Shown: one piece after another, positions 34,536 through 47,800 of the stretch
Position numbering within the stretch: the first letter of the stretch is position 1
Layout of the letters: every line of letters starts with the position of its first letter
Assembly: GCF_964355755.1 (NCBI RefSeq)
Contig: NC_092675.1
Coordinates: 9,295,812-9,359,811, forward strand
Direction: 5' to 3'
Length of the DNA: 64,000 nucleotides
DNA from: Antedon mediterranea
Lineage: Eukaryota; Animalia; Echinodermata
Translations under genes and position numbers: made by a program
Notes under the pieces: model-generated
The model's input: only the letters and a program-made list of their open reading frames with translations
Databases searched by the model: none
What the model was told of the DNA's origin: nothing

Positions 34536-37121
34536 AGATGTATTGTCCCCCTGAAAACATTTTTTTTTTAAATATTTTTGTTGAATAGGCCATTTTAATT
34601 GCACATAAAAGTTATTCACTTTGAACTGAAATTGGATCGAAAAAAAAAAATGTTTTACTCGAGAAAATCGTAATTTAAAGCAAAAATTAACCAACCGGAA
34701 GCTATTTGTCTGGAAGACAAACGTGTTCCGGTTTAATTTAACCCTTGACCTGAGTTAGCTCATAAATATTCATATTGTATGGATACATCTTGTGGATGAT
34801 GGTTCTCTCAACAAACAGCCAACAACGCGACGATAGCAATGCATAGAGAGAGAGTCGAGTAGTGACGCGAGACGATCTTGAAGAAAACACGAAAACTATA
34901 GCTAGCAGAATACTAAGTAGAACTGCAGTTGGTAACTTTGATGTTGAATCTTATTCATTTAGGTGAGTTTTTGTTTCGCTAGCAGGAGAGGCCTAGCTAG
35001 GCCTAGGCCCTAGGCCCGAGTTTTCTGCTACTGTATACTAGTCTACTACATACTAGTAGGCCTAGTACTAACTAGCACAACCACATGGCAGGCAGTCTCG
35101 AGTAGCCTTACTGCTGCCTCCTGTTTCTATAAGTAGAGGTAGTAGGCCTAGGCTAGGCAGTACACTACTAGCTAGGGCTAGACCACCACCAGGAGGGATG
35201 TATTTTTTTTTTATAATTTTGTTTGGCATCCTGATAAATTGGTTTAATTTGTTAGGATTTCAACTATCTATTCTGCAGAGAAAATTACCAAATAAATCTA
35301 AATATTGTTTTGAATGTTTACTGTACAGTATTTTAAAAATATTTTCTGCATCAAATGCAATAGGTTCAAATCAACATTTGCACAATTAAGCATTTTATGC
35401 AGATATTTGACACAATTTTCTTCTTTTTTTTCAGGTATTAACATTGATTGAACAATAAGAGCAAGTGAAGTAGTGAGAAACACAAAATGTATCGGCAACA
35501 TTCACAATTTATTGAAACATTTCTTACTATTAAAATGACACTTTGTAATGGATATGAGCGATCTTAGAAGACTATAGCTGCCGTAATTACTGCCACAATC
35601 AACACATTGATATTAGTAGACAAATTGACACAAAAAACAATACAGGAATTCAATAAGATATACTGTAACTGTATATAGGCCTATATATATTTTTTATTAA
35701 CTCCTTTTGCAATGTAATATTTACAGTAACATTATGAAGTGTAAGTAAAATTGAAGAATTTATTCTGTGTACTGTTGTAGTAGTATTTTTTATTTATTGA
35801 ATGTTATGTTTACAAAATAATATACTGTACAAATATTATTGCTTTATAAAAAAAATTATACAACATTTTACAAGCTGAACAGGAACATATTGGCCGAATG
35901 CAGCATCACAAATATTTTTCTTGCAATATCCAATCATATACAGAGTCTATCATCAGTTGTCTTTATGAAGTACAAATGTGACCTCTGTTCCAGTCTTCAT
36001 CAGCTCAACGTCTTTAAATAAAAATGTTTAAATAATGATGTATAAATAAGTTAAATATTTCACAAAATCTAAAGTTTTTAATTTCGGCAAAGTACGAAAA
36101 CCTGGAATTTGGTATTTATAAATAGGTCTAGATCATGCACATTTAGTGCAAAATGTGGGCTAGTGAAATTGCTTGCTTTGACAAATAAGTACACTAACTT
36201 TCTATGGTAAAACACATTACAACTAAGACTTAATAAAGAGAAAACAAATATTTGACTTACTACAGTACAGAGTTACATGGTAAAGAACAGTAGTTTGTGT
36301 GGTAAAATGGCTAAGCTGGCTTTTCCCCTCTGTCTACTTGTACAGTGCTGCTGGAGGAAGGTTCTTAACTTCAGGCTTGTAAGTTGTATTGTAACCATTT
36401 TCCCTGAAAAAATGTTTGTTTTATTTTTATCATAAAAACTAGTTAAACAAGATTCAACTGTAAATTATGTATATGGTACAGCAGGCTGGCTGTATTTTCG
36501 GATTGATGGCCTAGCCTAGGCCAGTCTATGAAGAGTACAATGTATAGGGCCTAGCTGGGCATTTTCTGCAGAGACCCGATTGTCCCAGCAGCCTGCCTCC
36601 TCTACTACTAGCCTAGGCCTATGCATGTATTATTCTAGGCCTAGCCCTGAAAAAATCCCAGGCTAAGTTAATTAATTACCTTCCTGTTATTACAAACGTC
36701 TGTCTAGTTTGCGTTATATATATAATTATTATATTTAAAATAACCGTCTAGGCCTACTTACCGACAAATTAACAGCTTAGCTTTACATACGATCAGGGGA
36801 AACCCCCAGTCGAGTCGCGTCGATCTGTGGGTGTTGTGTACACAACGTGCATCTTCCATGTTTGTTAGATCAGATCCCAGCTGTGTCGATGCTCATTAAC
36901 ATATCATGCATATTTATGAGTTAGCTCTATCGGCCTAAATTTTGAGCTGACAAGTTGGGAAAATTGATTAACTTATTTTGCTTTTTTCTTAGCGAAATTA
37001 ATAATTTTTTTCGGATTTTTTTTCGGCGAAAGTGAACAACTTTATTATAGCTACAATATGGTCTATTCAAAATTTGATTTAATTGATCTTCATTTTTCAT
37101 GTTTTGGGGGACAATACAACT
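34536..37121. mobile_element. Non-autonomous Kolobok-like transposon (TTAA TSD)
   Basis: TTAA|AGATGTATTGTCCCCC ... GGGGGACAATACAACT|TTAA, with degenerate ~150-bp inverted ends. A short relative lies at 57729-58007. Confidence 0.8.
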
Positions 37122-37574
37122 TTAATGGAACATAGGCTACGTCAGGAACTGTTTAACATCAGATTCAGTGCTTCTCCTCAAGGTAAAATAATACTGTACA
37201 GAAAATGTTGTAAAAAACTCTCAGTCAAGAATCTTTTATAATGTTTAAATATAAATACCAGGATGAAACAAACTTCATTTACATGCTCTGTATTTGTTTA
37301 AATTTAATACAAGTAAAATATATTTATTAATACAGTAAATGATCAAAGATATTTCATATTTTAAACTGTGAAAGATAGGTATCATATATTTCATTATAGA
37401 AATTAGAATTTAATTCTTGGGGGTGTGGAATTTTCTAGCCAGATCCAGCAAACTTGAAGATTTAAAGACCTGGTTCATTATCCTTATACATGGTAGAATC
37501 ACCACTTATTTTTACATGTTTTTTGTGCATGTCTGTATATACAGATCTTTAAAATTGGTCGTTAATTCTAACCA

Positions 37575-38778
37575 TCTCAGACCCATACTGCAAGAAGACA
37601 GCATCCATTTGACATCCAATATTAGACCTATACTGCAAGGCGGCATCCATTTGTAGTCTGATATCAGACCCATACTGCAAGAAGGCAGCATCCATTTGAC
37701 ATCCAATATCAGACCTATACTGCAAGGCAGCATCCATTTGTAGTCTGATATCAAAACTATACTGCAAGAAGGCAGCATCCATTTGACATCCAATATCAGA
37801 ACTATACTGAAAAAGGGCAGCATCCATTTGACATCCAATATTAGACCTATACTGCAAGGCAGCATCCATTTGTAATCTGATATCAGAACTATACTGCCAG
37901 AAGGCAGCATCCATTTGACATCCAATATCAGACCTAAACCACAAGGCAGCATCAATTTGACATCCAATATTAGACCTATACTGCAAGGCAGCATCCATTT
38001 GTAGTCTCATATCAGAACTATACTGCCAAAAGGCAACGTCTATTTGACATCCATTATCAGACCCATACTGCAAGGCAGCATCCATTTGACATCCAATAGC
38101 AGACCTATACTGCAAGGCAGCATCCATTTGTAGTCTCATATCAGAACTTGCTGCAAGAAGGCAGCATCCATTTAACATCAAATATCAGAACTATACTGCA
38201 AGAGGGCAGCATCCATTTGACATCCAATATTAGACCTATACTGCAAGGCAGTATCCATTTGTAGCCTGATATCAGAACTATACTGCAAGGCAGCATCCAT
38301 TTGACATCTAATATTAGACCTATACTGCAAGGCAGTATCCATTTGTAGCCCGATATCAGACCTATACTGCAAGGCAGCATCTATTTGTAGTCTCATATCA
38401 GAACTTGCTGCACGAAGGCAGCATCCATTTGACATCCAATATTAGACCTATACTGCAAGGCAGTATCCATTTGTAGCCTGATATCAGACCTATACTGCAA
38501 GGCAGCATCCATTTGTAGTCTCATATCAGAACTTGCTGCAAGAAGGCAGCATCCATTTGACATCCAATATCAGAACTATACTGCAAGAGGGCAGCATCCA
38601 TTTGACATCTAATATCAGACCCATACTGCAAGAAGGCAGCATCCATTTGACATCCAATATCAGAACTATACTGCAAGGCAGCATCCATAATTTGTAGTCT
38701 GATATCAGAACTATACTGCAAGAAGGCAGCATCTATTGGAAGTCTGATATCAGGCAGCATCCATTTGACATCCAATAT
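37575..38778. repeat. Minisatellite of 42/45-bp units immediately 3' of the GTF2F1 stop
   Basis: Units of the form GACCTATACTGCAAG(AAG)GCAGCATCCATTTG(TAGTCTG/ACATCCA)ATATCA. Confidence 0.95.
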
Positions 38779-38800
38779 ATACACCCCATTATCACAATCT

Positions 38801-41800
38801 TCATGTAGACTTGATTGACCAGTACACCTTGTCTTTAATGACCTCTTTCTTAGGGCCTAACTTTAACATGACCTCTGTAAGACGTTTAACAATGTCAGTG
38901 GGTGACATGCCTGTTTTTTTTGGATTCAGTTTATGCAATAGATCTTTTGTAGTCATTGGTTTTCTCATCAAATACCTCCTCACAACATCCTCTGTGATGC
39001 GGACCTCACTGCAAATAGAAACAATAATTATTATTAGATTGCTTCAAGGGTACATTCTACATCCTTATAAGGTGGTATCAAATATCTTATCAAATTAACA
39101 TCAGTATAAACATATTACTTTACAGTAAACTTTTATAGTTTTGATTTGACATAATTTTATGAAGGTGCATGCAAGCGTCTTTGAGCACTTTTTTAGTGGC
39201 ATTTTGATGACGTCTTAACACTGCAAAAGTTTAACAAAATCATGTCGGAAAAATTGAATATAATAAAGTGAACTTCAGTAAAATTATATTTGCAAACTGT
39301 GAATTAATGATTTTTATTGGTTATTTTAAAATAAAGCTTTTACACGTGGGCTTCGTTCACTCAAATCTAAAAGTCCCTAATAACTCACCCTGGTTGCCCT
39401 TTCAATGGCATAGGGCTTTCAGTGCGAGGTTTCTTGGAAGGAGGTCCAGGTGTTTGTGATTGTGATGATGACCCTGCATCACCTTGTCTTTTGTTTGATA
39501 CACCTGGAAAGGAATAATTAAAAAATCTAATCTATATTCTATTTTTGTCAAAATTAAATTCAAATATGTTTTGCATATCTATTTCAATCATTGAAAACTT
39601 GAACAAAATTGTTGGAAAACTTGAAAAAAATAGTTGGAAAACTTGAAAAAAATTGTTGGAAAACTTGAAAAAAATTGTTGGAAAACTGTTAAGTGGTTTT
39701 ATATGTACACAATTACACATGGCATAATGCCTTTTACATGGTAGGTTATTCTGCAAGATTAAGTATATCCAAAATCAAAATGTATAATAATCATATTGTG
39801 TACAATAATTTAAATATTTAACTTACCTTTGTCCTGTAAACGTCCAGCAACCTGCGACAGTGTAGTTGTTGTGTTATCTGCAGTTAAGGGTGTACCAGGT
39901 CTGCTACTGTTACGACTTGAACTCTTTGAAGACTTTCCACTCGTTTTCTTAACCTGAGTTTTATTCTGTAAAAAACATTCAAAATCAGGAGACAGGAATT
40001 GATCTAATGCTATAACTCTGCACTAAATTTTACTGTAAAATATTTAAATGATCAAATGGTATTCAAAATACTAAGACTAAGCAGGAAAGAGTGAAATTAC
40101 TCTTTCTTTCACTCTTTCCTTGGACTAAGCAAATTCTGGACAAGTCTACTTAAACTTTGACCTACCTGCATAAAGACTGCCGACTGTATCTTTGAATCAT
40201 CGATATCACTATCATCAGAATCAGATCCACTTGCACTGCTCCCATCTGTAATAACATTATTAACAAAACTTAAGAAAAAAAACTTTATTTAAATCTAAAG
40301 ACAGAAAGTGCAATAATCTAGTTGTATAAGGGATGATTCCAAATATTTGTTAAGCTCTGTCTACACTATTAAACTTTTTGTGACAAAAAAAAATGTCATT
40401 TGCCCATATTATATGGATATGATCACATCTTATCAATATTTGGGCACATATCACAATTTTTGTCAAAGTAGTTTGATAGTGTAGTCTTGGTGACATCTAG
40501 GGTTATCTTTTAACTTCTTTGATAGTGTAGACTTGGTGACATCTAGGGTTATCTTTTAACTTCTTTGATAGTGTAGTCTTGGTGACATCTAGGGTTATCT
40601 TTTAACTTCTTTGATAGTGTAGACTTGGTGACATCTAGGGTTATCTTTTAACTTCTTTGATAGTGTAGACTTGGTGACATCTAGGGTTATCTTTTAACTT
40701 CTTTGATAGTGTAGACTTGGTGACATTTATGGTTATCTTTTAACTTCTTTGATAGTGTAGACTTGGTGACATCTAGGGTTATCTTTTAACTTCTTTGATA
40801 GTGTAGACTTGGTGACATCTAGGGTTATCTTTTAACTTCTTTGATAGTGTAGTCTTGGTGACATCTAGGGTTATCTTTTAACTTCTTTGATAGTGTAGAC
40901 TTAACTTCTTTGATAGTGTAGACTTGGTGACATCTAGGGTTATCTTTTAACTTCTTTGATAGTGTAGACTTGGTGACATCTAGGGTTATCTTTTAACTTC
41001 TTTGATAGTGTAGACTTGGTGACATCTAGGGTTATCTTTTAACTTCTTTGATAGTGTAGACTTGGTGACATCTAGGGTTATCTTTTAACTTCTTTGATAG
41101 TGTAGACTTGGTGACATCTAGGGTTATCTTTTAACTTCTTTGATAGTGTAGACTTGGTGACATCTAGGGTTATCTTTTAACTTCTTTGATAGTGTAGTCT
41201 TGGTGACATCTAGGGTTATCTTTTAACTTCTTTGATAGTGTAGACTTGGTGACATCTAGGGTTATCTTTTAACTTCTTTGATAGTGTAGACTTGGTGACA
41301 TCTAGGGTTATCTTTTAACTTCTTTGATAGTGTAGACTTGGTGACATCTAGAGTTATCTTTTAACTTCATTGATAGTGTAGTCTTGGTGACATCTAGGGT
41401 TATCTTTTAACTTCTTTGATACATCTAGGGTTATCTTTTAACTTCTTTGATAGTGTAGACTTGGTGACATCTAGGGTTATCTTTTAACTTCTTTGATAGT
41501 GTAGACTTGGTGACATCTAGGGTTATCTTTTAACTTCTTTGATAGTGTAGACTTGGTGACATCTAGGGTTATCTTTTAACTTCTTTGATAGTGTAGACTT
41601 GGTGACATCTAGGGTTATCTTTTAACTTCTTTGATAGTGTAGACTTGGTGACATCTAGGGTTATCTTTTAACTTCTTTGATAGTGTAGACTTGGTGACAT
41701 CTAGGGTTATCTTTTAACTTCTTTGATAGTGTAGACTTGGTGACATCTAGGGTTATCTTTTAACTTCTTTGATAGTGTAGACTTGGTGACATCTAGGGTT

Positions 41801-44800
41801 ATCTTTTAACTTCTTTGATAGTGTAGACTTGGTGACATCGAGGGTTATCTTTTAACTTCTTTGATAGTGTAGACTTGGTGACATCTAGGGTTATCTTTTA
41901 ACTTCTTTGATAGTGTAGACTTGGTGACATCTAGGGTTATCTTTTAACTTCTTTGATAGTGTAGACATGGTGACATCTAGGGTTATCTTTTAACTTCTTT
42001 GAAAAGTATATTCATGCAGCACGTTTTTCAAAAATCTGAATCATTTTTAATTGTACAACTAATCTTAAGTGTGGTTCTCACTAGAGACGCAAAACAAAGA
42101 CGTAATGCAACGTAAGTGATTTGACCAATCACAAGCAATGGATTATTCAAATAGTAGATTGTCATTGGTCAACTTGCTTTCATTGCGTCTATGTTCTTGC
42201 GTTGCGTCTCTATGGGTAACCAAGCTTTAGTTCCCACCTTCTTTACTTTTGTCCTCTTTATCTTTATTCTCTGCATCCTCTACTTCTGGTTCTTTTATTT
42301 CTTCTTCTTCCACTTCTTCTTCACTTGATACATTGATCTCTTCTATCTCCTCATCTAAACCACGTTCTTCATCTTTTCTTTGTTCTACAGTTTCTTCTTC
42401 ATCACTACAGCAAAATAATCAAATCAATACAGTATATTCAAAAATAAAAATTAAGTTAACAAAACTGGTAGGTAAAGTGTGACACTGACCTAGACCCATA
42501 AACCTACTGTAGAAAAAATGAATAATAAACAGAACAATAATAATACAGACATTGAATTGAAAATTACAAATAACAATTTAAAATTCAACATTATACTGTA
42601 CAAACATGTAAACTTGTATGTCGATTAGATACCTAGATTTTTCTGATAGATAATCTTTTTCTTGATCATCGTAATCATCAACGTCACTTTCTTCACCTGC
42701 TTCTTCGCCCCAATCTTTCTTTTTTACTCTGTATTTTTTCTTTGAGTTCTTAGCTTTCTTTTTGGCCTTCTTTTCTATTAAAAAAATATGATTCCACTTT
42801 ATAAAATTGTCACATCCATCATAACACAATTTGTAATCATACACAAATATTTATTATTCATATCATATACTGCGCATTATTTTCTGTAATGACTAAAAGT
42901 ACTATTGTATGGATAGTGGATAAATCGAGCATCTTCAAGACTCCATTCAAGATGGATTCATTGAATAAAGGTTTACTTTACAACAGTAACAGTACAATAT
43001 TTTGTATTTGTTGAACGGCGTTAATATTTTCATTTGTTATAAAACTGAATGTTCTACTGTACTATTCAGCTCCGCCTATCTAATAGAACAACCAATCTTT
43101 TAACTCGAGTGAGTGGCCGAGCGGTTAAGACAGTGGAACCGTAATACATACCCATAACACTGGCAAGAGTTCAAGGCTCACTCGTTCCATGGTTCTGGTG
43201 GTGGAACGATTCTTCTCGGATGAGGACTATAAACTCTGTACACATCATGCTCATGTGCACTTTAGTGCAGAGTAATAGTAGGTGGCACTGCACACACACA
43301 GCCACTCATCATAACTGGGCCCGCTTTGATTGAAGAGGCCCCTAAGTATAATGAATAAATAATTATAATAATTATAATATAAAATGTACCTTTTGCTTGC
43401 TTTCTTTCAGTATCATCAGAATCATCGTCGGAATCATCATCATCATCAGATAAAAAGCCTAAGTATTCATCATCTTCAGTTATTGTCTAAAGAATAACAT
43501 ATAATAACAAATCACAAAATATCAACCAGTTATTATATAATAAAAATAAATTGTATGAATAATGGATTGCACCACCCTGCCTTAAGGACTTGAATCAACT
43601 TAAACATTAATATAAAAATTACTTTACAAGTGAATCTTTCTTTCGTGGAGCTTTGGATTTTTCTTCCTTTTGTTCGTCTTCCAATGACCCATCTTGTTTT
43701 ATTCGTTTCTTCACCATAACAGAAAAGAAATTTAATGTTTTGTCCCTCCTGCAATAATAACATTAAAGACTATAAAAATGATATACATAAAAAAAAGCGT
43801 CTTTGGTATGACCTAGGACTAATATCGTGACGTAATTTCCCGCATGATTGCAATAAAAACGGTACTGGGTTTGGTCTATTTCTGCTCCTAACTACCTGTA
43901 GTCATCCATTCATAGAAGCAATGATGAAGCAAGTCTACCTAGTGGCGACTATACAAACTTTAGTTGATAAAAGATTGAAATGTTTTGTTAGAGATATAGT
44001 AGTATAGGATGTTTCATTATAGTGTAACATTTTTGTAGGCCTATGTCTATTAGATTAGTTTGATATGTGATGGATTAGTTAATTCATTATACATCATTAA
44101 GATATTGTTTTATTATAAATATCTATAGAAAACAGTGATATGTGTTAGTTATAAAGCATTTCATATTAAAAAAAATGTTGGTCTTCACAAATCTACGCTA
44201 CGGAAAAGGGTGATAAAGCACAATAAATGAAATAATGTAATTACAGCAGTTTTTAGGTTGTCACAAGTTGAAAGCTCCCACCAAGATGTGAAGGATGGGA
44301 CCAACAGGTGGTAAACACCTCTAAAACGGTCCAGTCCCAATTGCATAGTGGCTTTGAGTTATAGTGGCTGTCATGTACTAGTACACCGGGGTAACCCCTT
44401 ACTTGTCTGCCAGATGTACTAGGTTCTTTAAAGATAGATGTGTACACTAGACCTACAGTTTAACGTCCTTATCCAAGAAGACCCAATCTACCACCAGAAC
44501 AATGGAGCGAGTAAGCCTCAAACCCTTGCAGATGTTATGGGCTATGGTACGTAACTACGGTTCCACTGTCTTACCCGCTCTCCCACTTATTTAGCACCAA
44601 GGAAAAATATAGTTAGTTATTCAACAACTAATTTAATTTCTTTCTTTACCATATATCCAGGCCGGACTTATTTTAACTCATTTCACTATTACAAAATTAA
44701 TATTGAAGAACTGACCTCCCAAATTCTTCTTCAGCTTCCTCATCATTTAGAAATTTATATTGCACCATAGGAGTAAATTTATACCAGGATTTAACAGGTG

Positions 44801-47800
44801 AGGCACAAAATGATCCATCTGCCATTTGGGTAAAAATATAGTGACTAGCGTTATCGTTTATTCCCCCTTCTTTTGTGCCTTTATACCTTTAAAATTAAAT
44901 AAAAGTATAGATTAGATTGGATAACTACAAAAGCTAACTAGCTAAACAATAGTATTATTCTTCTACATAAAAATGTTTTTGTCTGTGTGATTAGGCTTAA
45001 TTGCAACCTTAAATACAATGTGAAAAATGTAATAGAGCGTTTTGAAAGATTTTAGGCTGTTTATTAATTCTCAAGTTTGCTCCTGAACATCACAGTATTT
45101 GACATTAGAAATTAAGAAAGAAAATTTACTAAAATAATTGTTACTTTTTGCCTCCTTTTTCATGTTGTTTAAGTATCCAAGGTTGGTCTTCCTCTTTGTA
45201 TTTTTTGGAAATTATTCCATATTTCTTTTTTCTTGCCTCTTCCCTTCTCTCTCTTCCGTATTCACTTCCTTCACCAAACTTTGGCATATCGTTTTGGTCT
45301 TTAAATTTACCCAAATTATTTTCCCGAAGCATAACACCCTGAAATGAAATAGTATATAGTATAGTTATATTTGTAGTGATATAATAAACATTATTTAGAT
45401 TTTAACATACTTCAAGATGCGTTTATTTCTTTATACAGTCAATTTTGAATAAATTTTTAAACTGAGTCTTTGTATTAAACGTTGGTTGTCTTTTAAAACT
45501 GTTAAATTTATGTATACAGGTACAGTGTACTAAAGTAGCATGTTTTGATATTTTTTTGTAAAAGCAATTCTTTCAGTTTTCGCTGAATTTGGTATTTACA
45601 GTAGATGTTTTTACAGCCAAATAAATACATTTTGTAGCAATCAACTTCAGACTGAATACTGTAAATTAAGCTCTGTCTACACTATCAAACTAGTTTGATG
45701 AAAAAGTGTGATGTGCACAAATATGGTAGTGATATGCCCAAACATGGTAGTGATATGACATCATTTTGTTAAAGTCTGATAGTATAGACAGAGCTTTAGA
45801 GGATTGTTTTACATTGATGAGTATGTATACTAATACTTTACAACCAACCTTTTTCCATTTGGTAAAGTCTACTCTATCACCAGAATTGAACTTCATTACA
45901 CTGTACATTTTATCAGCATTCCTAAAACCAAAAATAGAACATCAGTACTCTTGACTATTACATAGGCATAGGGTAATTTCCTTTACAACACGTACTGTAC
46001 ATAACAATTTCAAACTAAATAAATAAAAAAACTTTTCAGTTAAAAGATGAACTTCTAGTTACTGTACAACTATTATAAATACACAATATAATACATGACT
46101 TTAGTTTGAGTTTTTATACAATTCAAGAGGTGGGATATAACTAAATGAAAGATTAAGAACCTGACAACAATCAGGAATTATTTTTCAATTTTAAGGTTAA
46201 TTACTCAAAAATAGTTCATTATTATTAACTTAATATTGAAAAAACTGAAACATAGTATACCAATAGGACTAGGTATTATGTTAAGACTTGGAAATTCAAA
46301 GCACTTTACTGAATATAACCTGTAAATAATGTTTGACTTAATCACTGCTTACACAAACAGTGAAAACATAGAACATAGAAAAAACAAAGCACACGGGCAG
46401 AGAACTGGATCATCTCAATAAAGTTTAGGTATACGTCTATCTATATCCCTTACTTCACCTAACCCTGAATAAATAATATTACAGAAAGAACCACACCAGA
46501 AAGTGTATATTACCTTTGTACACGAACAACATACTCTTTAAAGTCTTGTTGTGCAGGAGGTGCATTAGCTGATCTCGATATACCTGGCTGTGTGGTTGGC
46601 AATAAATGAAAACAAAAATAATTTGTAAACTTTACAAAAATATTTACTTATTTACACAGAATCTTCTACTAAGCAAGTATACAATTATCAGCATATAAAT
46701 AATATGAAATACTGTACTGTAAAAGTGTAAGTAGCCTATAAAATAATAATGTATCACATTCAGTTTACAGTAGTCAGTAAACTCTTTTTGCCTATTGGTT
46801 GGGTAACTAGAGGGCTTACAGTATATAGGCTGGGCTGGCCTGGCCTCTAGAGGAGAGTATATGGCCAGCCGGGCGTAGGCTTGGCCTAGCTATCTACGGT
46901 GCTAGTCAATCCATACCTAAACCAATTCGTACCAAAACCAACCCATACCTATACCAACTCGTACTCAAATAATTCGCCAACTCGTACCCAAATAATTGGT
47001 CAACTCGTACCCACTTTGGCTAACCTGTACCCAAACCAATCTGTAGTCATAAAAACTTGTACCCAATTATTTGGCTTACTCGTACCCATTGGCTTACTTA
47101 ATAGTCCCAATTTGATCGGCACAAAACTAGAGGTACGCTTTTGAATTTGCCGTGTGAATATTTTTATTTAAAAAAAAAAAGGATTTCATCGCCGACATGA
47201 TCGTTTTACATGCAGGTATTTTAGTAAAATTAAAACGCTACATTTTGACCATGGAAAAACCATCATACAGTATCGTGTGCAGGCTTTTTAAGAAGGGGAA
47301 TACCAGACGGTCAGCAGAAACACGTAGCAGCTGTGAGGAAACAGCTGCCAGAAGGAGCAGCTCCGATTGCTTTCAGAAATTGTGAGTCGCCTTTTAATCA
47401 ACAGCACAATGTTTTTTACTGATTGATTTCCAGGCTTATTAATCAAATGTTTATTGTAATACTAATAGTAAACTGAATGTTTATTAATAAATTGTTTTAC
47501 ATAATTTTTTGCATATAAAATAAGACACAGACTTAGCCTACGTTCCCAATAAAATATTTCACATTTAAATATTTATGTACTGTTATTATTAAATGACATT
47601 ATGCCGAATAATATTATATTTAAATCTGAAACTATGTTTACAAATTGTCATTTTTAAGGCACACATCTTTCTCATCATAGATCTGTAAAATAAAAAATAA
47701 ACAAGAAATATTTCTTACAAAAAACGCTGCTCAACATTTTAAAATTAATCATTGTTCTTTCTTCAGATATATTTATAATTAATTATTAAAATCGCAAAAA

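Noticed and set aside
36260-36859. Spliced mini-ORF (MEDARCVHNTHR...) inside the Kolobok-like element
   Set aside because: Both plausible exon joins hit a stop within ~35-65 codons, and there is no transposase or THAP motif.
37512-38784. Several 68-210 aa ORFs with repeating MLPCSIGLILDVKW / MDAALQY
   Set aside because: By-product of 42/45-bp repeat units lacking stops; no start context or splice link to GTF2F1.
40472-42001. Regular 46-bp repeats resembling a CRISPR array (also 5075-5682, 5746-6695)
   Set aside because: Units are head-to-tail with no unique spacers, there are no cas genes, and the context is eukaryotic.
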